NCBI GenBank assembly: GCA_963822445.1
Contig: CAWGHO010000001.1
Span: 1-64,000 of the forward strand
Direction of reading: 5' to 3'
DNA length: 64,000 bases
Source of the DNA: an uncultured Acidobacteriota bacterium
GTDB lineage: Bacteria; Acidobacteriota; Thermoanaerobaculia; Gp7-AA8
A program made the translations under genes and the position numbers. The notes beneath the pieces are model-generated. The model was not told the DNA's origin. It made no database searches and saw only the letters and a program-made list of their open reading frames with translations. How positions within the stretch are numbered: position 1 is the first letter of the stretch; each line of letters opens with the position of its first letter. Shown piece after piece: positions 36,061-46,750 of the stretch.

Positions 36061-36958
36061 TTACTGAAGTCCGAACGATCCGGGGAATCGGCCCCGGCTG
36101 GTCCAGCGGCCGAGCGCGCCGCCAACGCCGGTGATGTCGCTCTGTGTCGGGATCCCCGCGCCGCCGCAGTGGCCGAGCAGGATGTCGAAGATGTATACCT
36201 CGGTCGTGCCCTCGTCGGGCTGGTTCCCCAGTTGTACGCGATGACGTCGAATGAGGGATCGGCGGCGTTGCCGCGCTTGCCGTTGTAACCCCACCGCGTG
36301 TCAGTCAGCCGGAGCGCGTCGACGACCTTGTCCATGAACTCCCAGCCGGTAACTGGATGGCCGCCGTGTGCTGGGTCCTGACAGGACCGCCGGGACGAGG
36401 TAATGCCGGGGTTGGCGATCGACCACCTGCGCGATGATCGGCATTGCGATCGGGGCGCGGCAGGCGCCCGCCGCCTGGATTCGGCGTCCGGTTCTCCTTG
36501 ACGGTCAGGAAGCGGGCGGTCGCCGACCATGCGGTAACGGCGCCATCGCGCGTGGCCCGAACGCGCCAGCGATAGGGCGTATCACGCGCGAGGTCTTCGC
36601 CCAGGACCCAGGTCGTGGTGCCCTCGCCGGGCGCCAGCGATGCGCTGCGGATCACATTCCCCCCGTCGTCCTGGAGCTGGAACTCGTAGGTGAATGCCTG
36701 ATTATTCGTAAACTTGCCGGCGGTGTTGTTCGCAACCATGGTTGGCGACCGGCTGGTCAAACGCGTGTCGCCGGTCGGCGACTCCGGAGTAGGTGCCGGC
36801 GCTTTCAGCGTCGAGCCGTCCGGCCCGGCGCCGGTATCGCTGACCGCGGTTGTCGTCGAGGGAGCAGTGGGATTATCGGGCGCGCTGCTGCACGCGAGTG
36901 TCGTGGCCAGTGCTGATGCACAGCCCACCATCGTCAGGATTCTCAGTTTCCCGTACAT
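36061..36958 (-). CDS. Lipoprotein A: Ig/Fn3-like stalk plus unrecognised C-terminal domain
   Basis: TTLAC lipobox, S/T/P-rich linker, YEFQL...YRWRVRAT; C-domain WEFMD...DTRWGYNGKRGN...DILLGHCG...GRWTSRGRF. Confidence 0.8.
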
Positions 36959-37131
36959 CTAGTTCTCCAAGGTTTCAGTAGGTGCGACACGAACCGGCCG
37001 CGGCCCATATTGTAACCGATCCACACCCGGATTTGAGCCCATTTTCTGCGCTTCAACTGCTCACTTGCACGCCAATGTCCATCACGGTCGTGTTACGATT
37101 ACGGCCTCTGTCTTACGTTTTCGAGGTGCTA

Positions 37132-37923
37132 ATGCGTAAGTGTTTCGTGATTGCTGCGGCCGCGTTCGTTTCTTGTCTGTCAGCATCGTCAGCCAGCGCT
37201 CAGTCATCATGGTCATCATGGTCGCCCCTCGATGGCCGCCTGATTTTCAGTCTCAATGCCGCGGGGCAAACCGGAAGCCAGGATCTCACTCGCACCAACA
37301 CGTTCAGCTTGTACGAAGAGCAGGCGACCGAGGAGTTCTCCCAGAAGGTCGAGGCCGGCCCCTTCCTGGATATCGGCGCGGCATACAAAATTGGACAGGA
37401 CTTCGGGCTCGGTCCCGATCGGTTCGGCATCGGAATGGTGTACACGTCGTTGAAATCCTCTGAAAACGGTTCCATGACTGGTTCGTACCCTCATCCGGAC
37501 TTCTTCGACCGCCCACGCTCCATCACGGCAACAGTCGACAACCTGGAGCACAAAGAACAGGCCGTCCATATTCAGGCAATCCTGTTCATCCCGTTCGTTG
37601 AAAAAGTCGATTTCGCGCTTTCGGTGGGCCCGTCGTTCTTCACGACGAGCCAGGACTTCATACGGAGTGTGCAGATCAGCGAGAATCCGCCCGCGTTCAA
37701 TTCGGTGAACGTCGATTCCGTTGATGTGGTGAATGTCAAGGAGTCTTCTGTCGGGTTCAACCTCGGCATGGACGTCACCTACTCATTCACCCCGACCATC
37801 GGCGCTGGCGCGATGCTCCGCTTCACCCACAGCTCGCAGGATTTCACAGTGGCGGAAGGGCAGAGTGCCTCCCTCGATGTAGGCGGCTTTCAAATCGGCG
37901 CTGGCGTCCGGCTTCGCTTCTGA
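37132..37923 (+). CDS. Outer membrane beta-barrel protein
   Basis: Signal peptide (ASA), amphipathic strands, GFNLGMDVTY, C-terminal GAGVRLRF. Confidence 0.82.
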   Translation: MRKCFVIAAAAFVSCLSASSASAQSSWSSWSPLDGRLIFSLNAAGQTGSQDLTRTNTFSLYEEQATEEFSQKVEAGPFLDIGAAYKIGQDFGLGPDRFGIGMVYTSLKSSENGSMTGSYPHPDFFDRPRSITATVDNLEHKEQAVHIQAILFIPFVEKVDFALSVGPSFFTTSQDFIRSVQISENPPAFNSVNVDSVDVVNVKESSVGFNLGMDVTYSFTPTIGAGAMLRFTHSSQDFTVAEGQSASLDVGGFQIGAGVRLRF

Positions 37924-37981
37924 TCGGCGATCGACATCGCCTTTTCGCTCATTTCAGGGCCGGATAAGCTTAGCTGTAAGC

Positions 37982-38030
37982 CTCGTGGACATCATCGGCG
38001 GCCACTGCGGGCCGACTCCCGCGCCGACCC
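37982..38030 (+). pseudogene. Short fragment of the lipoprotein C-terminal domain, opposite orientation
   Basis: Translates LVDIIGGHCGPTPAP, matching IDVIVGHCGGPGP and FDILLGHCGG; no start codon or full ORF. Confidence 0.55.
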
Positions 38031-38121
38031 GCAGGATCTCAGCGATCTCCGAACGGTCTGGTTGAGCAGGGGCCGATTCTAGCCCGCGCGTTACCCGACA
38101 ACAGCAAATACCCGCCGAACG

Positions 38122-38155
38122 AAAAAGGGCGGTGAGTTTGAAGCTCGCCGCCCTT
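38122..38155 (-). terminator. Rho-independent terminator of lipoprotein B
   Basis: Minus strand aagggcggcgagc-ttca-aactcaccgccctttttc: stem followed by a T tract, about 20 nt after the stop. Confidence 0.75.
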
Positions 38156-38174
38156 GTCTGGTACGCTGATCGGC

Positions 38175-39398
38175 TCAGAACCGCCCGCGGCTTGTCCAGC
38201 GACCGATCGTGCCGCCCTGGCGCGTGGCTTCCGTCACGTCGATCCACGCCGGCCCCGGGCCGCCGCAATGCCCGACGATGACGTCGATGATGTAGACATC
38301 CGTGCTGCCCTCGTCGCCACCGCGGCTGTAGTGGTAGGCGATGGCGTCGTGCGACGGGTCGCCGCTGTTGCCGCGTTTGCCGTTGTAGCCCCACCGGGTG
38401 TCGCACTTCCGCAGCTCATCGACCACTCGGTCCATGAATTCCCAGGTGCCGCCCTGCGACTGGCAGGAGTTGGCCAGCGCGCCCGGATAGTTGTTGGCAA
38501 CCCACTGCACGACATGGAACATGTTCTGAAGCGGCAACTGACCGCCGGCAGGATCCGGGGCGCGTCCGCCGCCGCTGCAGCCGCTGCTGCCACCGCCGCC
38601 GCCACCACCGCCGCCGCCACCCCCTCCTCCGCCGCCACTCGCGGCGGGCGTCAGGAACTGGTGCGTCGGCGACCACGGGGTCGACGTCTCACCGTCGGTG
38701 GCGTGGACGCGCCAGTAATGCCGGAGATTCGGATCGAGCTCGCGGTCGACCGTCCACGACGTCTGCTCCACCACGAGGCCGGTGGCGGAGATCTGCGTGA
38801 AGGCAGGGTCCTTCGCGACCATGAAGAAATAGCTGACGGTTCCGATGGCGGAGTTGCGGTCGGAGGGATTGACGCGAAGGGTCGGGCGGCGAGTCGTGAC
38901 GCGCTCGTCGTTGATTGGCGAGACGACGCCCGGAACACTCAGCTGCGCACGTGGCAGCAGCTCGAATTGCGCCGTGGAATAGGTGCTGCTGTTGGCGCCG
39001 TCCTCCGCGCGGGCGCGCCAGTAGTAGCCCCGGCCGAGCTCGAGCGCGTCGATCTGGACGCTCGTGCGCCCGCCCTCGCCGGCGGCGACGCCGCTGCGCG
39101 CGAACACCTTCGTCTTGAACTCGTTGTCGCTCGCCACCTCGAACAGGTAGCTCACCGTCCGCACGCCATTGGTGACGGAGTTCTCGATCACCAGCCTGAT
39201 CGGCTGCTGCTTCTCTTTGAACTTGAATCCCTGCGCCGGTTCCAACAGCTTGGGCGCCGTGATCTCAACGCCGGCGATCGGCCCGGCGACGGAAGGACTG
39301 AGGGGGTTCGAGCTTTTCTTCGCTTCGCATGCCGCGAGCGCCATGGCGGCGAGACCCGCTGCTACGAAACGTGTAACCGAGGTAACGTTTTTGTTCAT
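38175..39398 (-). CDS. Lipoprotein B: two Ig/Fn3-like repeats, poly-Gly linker, same C-terminal domain
   Basis: Intact 407-aa ORF; ALAAC lipobox; YLFEVA..YYWRARA and YFFMVA..HYWRVHA repeats; long Gly run; WEFMD...DTRWGYNGKRGN...GHCG...GRWTSRGRF. Confidence 0.88.
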   Translation of the reverse strand: MNKNVTSVTRFVAAGLAAMALAACEAKKSSNPLSPSVAGPIAGVEITAPKLLEPAQGFKFKEKQQPIRLVIENSVTNGVRTVSYLFEVASDNEFKTKVFARSGVAAGEGGRTSVQIDALELGRGYYWRARAEDGANSSTYSTAQFELLPRAQLSVPGVVSPINDERVTTRRPTLRVNPSDRNSAIGTVSYFFMVAKDPAFTQISATGLVVEQTSWTVDRELDPNLRHYWRVHATDGETSTPWSPTHQFLTPAASGGGGGGGGGGGGGGGGSSGCSGGGRAPDPAGGQLPLQNMFHVVQWVANNYPGALANSCQSQGGTWEFMDRVVDELRKCDTRWGYNGKRGNSGDPSHDAIAYHYSRGGDEGSTDVYIIDVIVGHCGGPGPAWIDVTEATRQGGTIGRWTSRGRF

Positions 39399-39743
39399 GG
39401 GCTTTCGGACCCGGACCGGGTACGCCTGACGGAGAAAACCCCCGTTTTTATTGGGTAATTACGTTAGCGATGTTATCGGTTCGTGTGCGACCGGGAAACA
39501 GGCGCGCCGCACGTCGTGCAAAATGTGTAACCTCAGCCGAGATTTTGCAAGCTCGACTGGGTTCCGCTTCGTCGCGCGGCCTGCCCGACGAGGGTGGGCG
39601 CGGCGTACGTCCTCGCGGACTGCTCAAAACTGCATCGCCCTGCAACCGTACGGGCGCGCCGGCGCTCACCCCTCGACGTAATTCGACGACCGACTCGTCG
39701 GTCCGGTCGGGTGAGGAAGGCGCTACGGACGAACGCGAGCGGA

Positions 39744-40733
39744 TTACGTGATTTCGGTGGCGCCTGCGGGCGCGACACGACCCTGCCGCGAGCGGAACAG
39801 GAGGACGCCCCCTCCGCTCAGCGAGAAGAGCATGATCAGGCCGGCGCTCCCGAGCGAGAGCGTCAGCGCAGAGCTTACGTCCAGCCCCAGGCTCGTGAAG
39901 AAGAACGCGAACACGGCTTCACGAACGCCGAAGCCATTGATCGACAGCGGCGCCATCTGCACCGCGAGGCTGATCGGGACGATGACCGAGGCCGCCAGCA
40001 GGGGGAACGGGACGGCGAGACTGCGCGCCGCGCAGATGTAAAAGAGTACGAGCAGCAGCTGCACGCCGAGGGCGCCGGCAAAGGCGAACCAGACCGGTCG
40101 CGGCTGTCCCGCGAAGCGATGGATGGCGCCGACGAGGTTGTTCAAGCGGGTTTGAATCGCCTCGGCGCGGCCCGAGCCGGCGGCGTGAATCAGGCGGGTG
40201 AGCAGGGTCGGCCAGCGCAGCACGACCAGCAGGCCGATGCTGAGCGCGACCAGCGCGAGCCAGATCCACAGGCTGGCTTTGAGCTGGACACCGCCGAGGG
40301 TGGCCAGCCCTGACGCCAGCGCCGCGACGGCGAGCAGCGCGATCAATCCGAGGATGCGATCCACCAGCACGACCGTAGTCGCGAGCGTCTTCGACCCGGT
40401 GTAGGGCGCGGTGTCCGCGACGCGGATGACGTCGCCGCCGATGTTGCTCGGCAGGAAGTTGTTGAAGAAGGTGGCCACGAGGAACGACTTCGTCAGGATG
40501 CCGAAGCGGACGTGCACTGCCTGAATCTTCAGCAGCAGCCGCCAGCGCCAGGCGCTGACGAGGAGCATCAGTCCGTACATGCCGAGCGCCGCACTCATCC
40601 AGGCCAGATTCATCTGGCGGAACTGGGTCAGCATGGTGCGGAGATCCGCGCGGTTGAAGAGCACCGCCAGGAGGCTGGCACTCACCGTCAACTTGACGAC
40701 AGCAAGCGCCGTCTTCAGGCCGGGTCGTTTCAT
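39744..40733 (-). CDS. Lysylphosphatidylglycerol-synthase TM domain (flippase-like) protein
   Basis: SAWRWRLLL, FFNNFLPSNIGGDVIR, DRILGL, PLSINGFGVRE. Confidence 0.9.
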   Translation of the reverse strand: MKRPGLKTALAVVKLTVSASLLAVLFNRADLRTMLTQFRQMNLAWMSAALGMYGLMLLVSAWRWRLLLKIQAVHVRFGILTKSFLVATFFNNFLPSNIGGDVIRVADTAPYTGSKTLATTVVLVDRILGLIALLAVAALASGLATLGGVQLKASLWIWLALVALSIGLLVVLRWPTLLTRLIHAAGSGRAEAIQTRLNNLVGAIHRFAGQPRPVWFAFAGALGVQLLLVLFYICAARSLAVPFPLLAASVIVPISLAVQMAPLSINGFGVREAVFAFFFTSLGLDVSSALTLSLGSAGLIMLFSLSGGGVLLFRSRQGRVAPAGATEIT

Positions 40734-40805
40734 CAAGCTGTAGAATTGAACCTTGCGATGACAGCGCAGCTCGCTGCGCAAGCGGAAGTAAGGATACCAC
40801 ACCGA

Positions 40806-42002
40806 ATGCGGATTCTCATGCTCGCGCCGGAGCCGTTCTTCGAGCCGCGCGGCACACCGTTCAGCGAATACCATCGCTTCAAAGCGCTCTCGGAGCTGGG
40901 CCATCGGTCGATCTCGTCACCTATCCGTTCGGCAGCGACGTGGCGCTGCCCAACCTCCGCATCATCCGATCGCCGGAGGCCGCCGCTGATCACACGGTCC
41001 GCATCGGTCCGTCGTTCGGGAAGCTGGTGCTCGATGTCTGGCTCGCGGTCACCGCGTGGCGGCGGGCCCGGCGGAGCCGTACGACCTGATCCATTCGCAC
41101 GAGGAGGCTGGGCCTCTCGGCGTCTGGCTCGCAAAGCGCCTCGGCATCCCGCACCTGTACGACATGCACTCGAGCCTGCCGCAGCAGCTGACCAACTTCC
41201 GGTTCTGCAGGGAATGCGATGCTCCGGAAAGCGTTCGAGATCATGCGAGGATCGGACGGTCTCGGTTCGGATGTCGTCATCACCATCTGCAAGGACCTGC
41301 AGGATCACGTCACGGCCATGGGCGCTGGCGGCCGCGCCGTCCTGATCGAGAACGTGATGGGCGGCGACGTGGAGGAGCCGCCCCGATTGACGCCCGACGC
41401 GATCCGCGAGCGCTGGAACATCCCGCGCGCCGCGCCGCTCGTGCTCTACACGGGCACGTTCGAGCCCTACCAGGGACTCGATCTGCTCTTCGACGCGCTG
41501 GGCATCGTCGCCCGCACTCATCCACACGTGCGTGCGCTCATCGTCGGTGGACGGCCGGAACAGGTCGAGGCCGCGCGCGCCCGGGCCGAGACCGCAGGCG
41601 CCGCCGTCGTCCTGACCGGCCACCAGCCGGCGCGCGAGGTGCCGGCGTTCGTCGCGGCCTCGGACATCCTTGCGTCCCCCGGATTGCCGGCACGAATACG
41701 CCGTTGAAGATCTACTCGTACCTCCGGTCGGGCAAGCCGATCGTCGCGACGGATCTGCTCACGCATACACAGGTGCTCGATCGCGAAATCGCGCCCTGCT
41801 CGTTGCGCCCGAGCCCGCCGCGTTTGCCGCGGCGCTCACGAAGCTGCTCGACGACCGCTCGCTCGGTGACGCGATTTCGGGCGCGGCCCGCGAGCGCGCA
41901 CGAACCCGGTACAGCCGGGACGCATACGTGGCGCTGACCCGGGACGTCTGCGAGCGCGTCGCGCGGCCCCGTGGCGTCGTCGGAGTGCCGTCGCGCGCAT
42001 GA
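40806..42002 (+). CDS. Glycosyltransferase family 4
   Basis: MLAPEPFFEPRGTP, IHSHEE, YTGTFEPYQGLDLL, NTPLKIYSYLRSGKPIVAT. Confidence 0.9.
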
Positions 42003-42985
42003 AGGTTCTCGTCACCGGAGCGACGGGGTTCACGGGCGGTCATCTTGCGCGGCACCTGATTCGGAACGGCAATGCCGTCGCGGCGCTCGTGCGGCCGGCG
42101 AGCGTTCGACGCGCGGAGGAGCTCGCCAGCACTGGCGTCGAGATTCGCGTGGGTGATCTCTCCGACGCCGCGGCGGTGACGCAAGCGGTCAAAGGAGCCG
42201 AGGTCGTCTACCACATCGCCGCCACCTATCGCGAAGCGGGGCAGGGAAGCGCGGAGTACACGAAAGTCAACGTGAACGGCACGCGGCACGTCCTCGAGGC
42301 CGCCGCCGCGGCTGGCGCCACCCGCGTCGTCCACTGCAGCACCGGAGGTGTGCACGGACATATCGAGCGGCCGCCGGCGAACGAGGACGCGCCTTTCGCT
42401 CCCGGCGACGTGTACCAGAGAACGAAGCTCGAGGCGGAACGCTACGCGGTCGAGTTCGGCCAGCGGCATCGTCTCGACGTCGTCGTCGCACGGCCGATTG
42501 GCATTTACGGCCCGGGAGATCTGCGGTTCTTGAAGATGTTTCGCGGGATCGCGCGCGGCCGCTTTCCGATGCTGGGGCCTGGCACGGTCTTCTACCACCT
42601 GACCTACATCGACGACCTGGTCCGCGGCCTGGAGCTCTGCGGCATTGTTCCTCAGGCGGCAGGACGGACTTACATTCTCGCGGGGCCCGAGTACACGACG
42701 CTGCGCCAGCTCGTCGATCTGATCGCGCGCGAGCTTCGCGTCTCGCCACCGCGCCTGCACTTTCCGGTCTGGCCGGTCTGGCTCGCGGGTGCGCTGTGCG
42801 AAGCGGTCTGCGTGCCGCTGCGCATTCAGCCGCCGCTGTTCAGGCGCCGAGTGGATTTCTATCGCAAGAGCCGCGCCTTCGACACCACCCGGGCGCGGCA
42901 GGAGCTGGGCTACAATCCGACGATCGACCTCAAGGACGGCATCGCCCGTACCGCCGCTTGGTATCGAGAGGCGGGATTGCTTTGA
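41999..42985 (+). CDS. NAD-dependent epimerase/dehydratase
   Basis: Intact ORF; VTGATGFTG, YHIAA, YxxxK (YQRTK), IYGPGD. Confidence 0.95.
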   Translation: MKVLVTGATGFTGGHLARHLIRNGNAVAALVRPASVRRAEELASTGVEIRVGDLSDAAAVTQAVKGAEVVYHIAATYREAGQGSAEYTKVNVNGTRHVLEAAAAAGATRVVHCSTGGVHGHIERPPANEDAPFAPGDVYQRTKLEAERYAVEFGQRHRLDVVVARPIGIYGPGDLRFLKMFRGIARGRFPMLGPGTVFYHLTYIDDLVRGLELCGIVPQAAGRTYILAGPEYTTLRQLVDLIARELRVSPPRLHFPVWPVWLAGALCEAVCVPLRIQPPLFRRRVDFYRKSRAFDTTRARQELGYNPTIDLKDGIARTAAWYREAGLL

Positions 42986-43191
42986 AGAAACTACCGCCTG
43001 AAAGGCGGTAGACTCCGCGCGCGACTGAAAGTCGCGACCGCGCCGCCTGCGAGCGGTAGTTTCTTCATAGGCGGGACCTGTGGTCCCGCTAGTCCAACGT
43101 GCCCGGCCAGCTCGAAGCAGCCGCTCAGACCGGACCGGCTGGAAGCTGACCGCCTGAAAGGCGGTGGGTTTAGACCTGGCACGTTGGACTA
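42983..43191. mobile_element. Two adjacent IR-bounded palindromic elements (MITE/REP-like, IS200/IS605-end style)
   Basis: 15-bp perfect IR at 42983-42997/43053-43067; 14-bp perfect IR at 43090-43103/43178-43191; each contains the hairpin ACCGCCTGAAAGGCGGT. Confidence 0.6.
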
Positions 43192-43302
43192 AAGACGATG
43201 AACCCGCTGCATGCCTTCCAGGCGGCGCCCGTTTCGCCGCCTGCTGGTGAAAGCCCGGGTTCGAACACTTCTGTGCATACGCTCAAAAGCGTCGTTCCGC
43301 GC

Positions 43303-45229
43303 ATGACGATTCTCGACCGCCTTCGCGATCTGCCTGTCGGTCGCGCGGCGACTGCGGCGGTGCTCATGGTGCTGCTCGGCTTTGCCGTGTCCGTCGATTT
43401 CCCCCGCGCCTCTCTTGGCTTCAAGGGCGACGAGGCGACCTATTACAGCCTGACCCGAAGCCTGGCGCGGGACTTCGACTTCACCTATCAACGGCAGGAT
43501 CTCGTTCGCGTCTGGGAGGAATTCCCGGGTCCCGAAGGCATCTTCCTGAAGCGCGGCAGCCGCGTCGATTTCGAGCGGTCGTCGGTTTCCGTTCGTGCGG
43601 ATGATCAGGACCGAGGATCCCGCGCGGGGACGGCTGTATTTCGCCAAGTCCGTACATCTATCCGCTGTTTGCCGCGCCCTTCGTCCTCGTCTTCGGCACC
43701 AACGGATTCCTGATCTTTCACGCGCTCCTGCTCGCGGCTGTGCTACGGCGCCGCGTACAAGTTCATCGCGGCGCGCGGCGCGCGTCCCGCGCTGGCGGCG
43801 GCATTTGCCGCGGTGTTCCTGTTCGCGTCGTCGTCCCGATCTACTTCGTGTGGCTGATGCCGGAGCTGTTCAACTTCACGACGGTGTTGTGCGCTTACTT
43901 CCTCTGGAGCTACAAGCTGGTCGCCGCTCCAGGTGAAGGGACTCGAAGTTCGAACGGTTTCTGCACTCGCCTCGATCCGATTACGCGGCCGCGGTGCTGC
44001 TCGGCATCGCCACCTTCTCCAAGGTCACCCATATCGTTCTGATTCTCCCGATCCTCTTGCTGGCGCTCATCCGCCGCCGCTACGCGTCGGTGTTCGCGCT
44101 GGGGGCGACCTTTGCGCTGGTCTTTGCGGCGCTGCTGAGCTGGAACGCGTTCACGACCGGCGAGTTCAACTTTCAGGGAGGGAATCGCAAGTCGTTCTAC
44201 AGCCGCACCGGGTTTCCGTTCGCGAACGACTGGGAGACGTTCGACAACCGCGGGCAGACGCTGGCCACCGACGCGTTGCCGTTCGACATCCTGCTTCATC
44301 GCGACACCGCCACGGTCCTGCTCTGGAATCTGTGGTCTTCGTGGCCGGCAGATACAGCGGGCTGCTGCCATATTCTTCCCCGGGCTGGTGGCAGCTGGAT
44401 TGTTCCTGGCGTTCCGTGCGGGATCGCCAGCTCTGGCAGTGGCTCACGGCGGCGCGACGGCGGGGCCGTCGGTCTGCTGTGCTACATGCCGTATACGCTA
44501 CTCGGGCGGCGGTGGGCCGATCGGGAACCGTTATTTCCTGAGCTTCTATCCGCTGTTTCTCTTCCTGCTGCCGCCGCTCCGCAGCGCCGCTCCGATCATT
44601 GCCGGCCTGGCGGTAGGCGCGCTGTTCACCGCGAAGCTCGTATTCAATCCTTTTTATACGTCCTTCAACCCTGGTGAGCACGCAAAGGCCGGCCCGCTGC
44701 GGATGCTGCCGATCGAGCTCACGCTGCTGAACGATCTCCCGGTCAGCGCCGATGTCGATCGCGCGCGCCGGACGCTGGCGGGCACGCCGCCGATCAGCGC
44801 CTACTTCGTCGACAACGGCGCCTATCCGCCCGAAGGGGAAGCGTTCTGGGTGAGGGGCGGAGCCCGAGCCGATCTGATCCTGCGGGCGCCGATCAAAGGC
44901 GGTCCGGACGAGCCGGTGACTTCGATGCGGGTGACGTGCCTGGACCGTGGAAGTCATCAACAACGGGAAGGTTGCGAACCGCGTGGTCGTGTCCACGCGT
45001 GCGGGGAGCCAGACCCTCAGGCTGGCGGCTGGCGAGGAGCGGGTCGTCGAAGTGAACGCCGGAGCGGGCGTTCCCTACAAACCGGCGCGGTATCCGACCA
45101 ACTACGTCTACGCGATGTCGATATCCACCGACAACGGCGGTCGTGCCGTTTCTCGAGGATCAGAAGAACACCGACAGCCGCTATCTCGGCGCGATGATCC
45201 GCCTCGTTCCCATCTACTTCAATCCGTAG
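43303..45229 (+). CDS. Polytopic membrane protein, GT-C-like, with C-terminal periplasmic domain
   Basis: KGDEATYYSL..SLARD after the first TM (GT-C DE motif), MPELFNF, GGGGPIGNRYF. Confidence 0.65.
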
Positions 45230-46750
45230 CAGCGTCCGGATTCACAGGCTTGCAGATGAAGAGGCCGGGAATCAACGTCCGGCCCGTCGTCGCAGAAATC
45301 GATCGACAGCCGGATCGCTTCGCTCCTGTGTTGATCGACGATATGGTTGTATTCAAGCACCCGGCTGAAATCGGTGGCCGCGACGATGATCTGTTCGTTG
45401 GTGAGGAACGTCGCCACGTACGACCGCCAGTAGTCGCTGTAGGCGTATTTGATCCCTCGCGCCGCGAGATGCCTTCCGATCAGCTGCTTGTAGCTGGTCG
45501 GCGGGTTGCGGACTACTCGGTCACCATGCGCACGTGCGGCGCCGCCGTGACTACGGTCAGCAGACAGACGATGCCGATCCAGGTGGCGCGAAGCGCCCGC
45601 GATTGCGCGGCCTGCAGGAACCACGCGCCCAGGCCGATTGCTCCCAACACCGACAGCAGCTCGTAGCGGAGGATGTGATGGTGCAGGACTCCGCAGCGCG
45701 CGATGACGTAGCCCGCCGAGGACAGCAGGCCAATCGTGATCAGGAAGAGGGGGAAGGCATATTCGGGCCGCCAGCGCCGTTCGGTTACGAGCCGGTAGGC
45801 AATCGTTCCGATGGGGAGAAGCATCGCCGCCAGGAGCAGCACCCAGGATCCTGGAAAGCCCTGGGCCACGGTGGTCTCGATGCCGAACTCCGACAGGTTC
45901 ATCGGCTGCGTCCCGAACAGCAGCGGGTAGTGCGTCGTGATGAGGGCCGCGACGCCTCGCGGCACCGTGCTGACGTCCGTGCAGATTCGGCTGGCCAGTT
46001 CCACCACGTTGTTGCTGGCCGTCATCAGATTCGCGATCGAGGAACCGGGGCCCGCGGCGGAGGAGTACTGCTTGAGGAACTGAACGACAAGCCACACTTC
46101 GGCGGCGATCCGAAATGTCGCGAGGCGGCGGCGGAGTCCCTCTCGCGTGAACAGCTCTCCCTGAATCGTCTCAACGAACAGCAGCGCAACGCCGGCATAA
46201 AGGGTGAACTCGCGCTGGAGGAAACCGAGGCCGAAGAAAAAGCCGCACCAGGCCGGCCGCATCCGCGTGACCCAATCAGGACGGCGTAGACGAATGGCGC
46301 GAAGTTTCCCCCGTTGGGCGCGAGAATTTCCGCGGCCACCGCGGCGGCCGGTACGGCGAAGAACAGCACCGGGACGAGAGCCAGGCGCGGACGCAGGCCG
46401 GCCTCCCGTTCCAGAACCCTCAGCAGCAGGAGCGCGACGGTGAGGTTCAGCAGGAGCAGCGGCAGTTTGAGCGTGGTAACCGAGATCCCTGCCACGGCGA
46501 AAAACGGAGCGGCGAGATAGGCCTCGACGCCGAGCATGTAGTGCTGGCCGTAATAGAACAGCGGGAACGCGCGGCCTTCGATGAGGTGTTTGCCCATCAG
46601 GCCGATGATCGCCTGGTCGGAGTCGAAGTAGGACTGTTCCCAGAAGACGAAGACAATCGATCGGAGGAGGACGAGCAGGACGACTGCGCCGGCGACGATC
46701 CATCGCTCACGGCGGATGTGAGCGTCATCGCCGGCGTGCTGTTCGGGCAT
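45214..46750 (-). CDS. Polytopic membrane protein, GT-C-like
   Basis: FDSDQAIIGLMGKHL...FPLFYYGQHYM..VEAY, many TMs, C-terminal YSDYWRSYVATFLT. Confidence 0.65.

Noticed and set aside
37982-38030. Diversity-generating retroelement template repeat
   Set aside because: No reverse transcriptase is in the window, and the differences from the genes are not adenine-specific
38570-38645. GGC/GGT-type repeat as a contingency locus
   Set aside because: It is an in-frame, codon-varied poly-Gly linker in lipoprotein B
38154-39458. Long antisense or alternative-frame ORFs (e.g. 38154-39458 +, 56609-58078 -, 56353-57975 +, 1860-2702 +)
   Set aside because: These are shadow ORFs typical of high-GC coding DNA, with no motifs, overlapping well-supported genes
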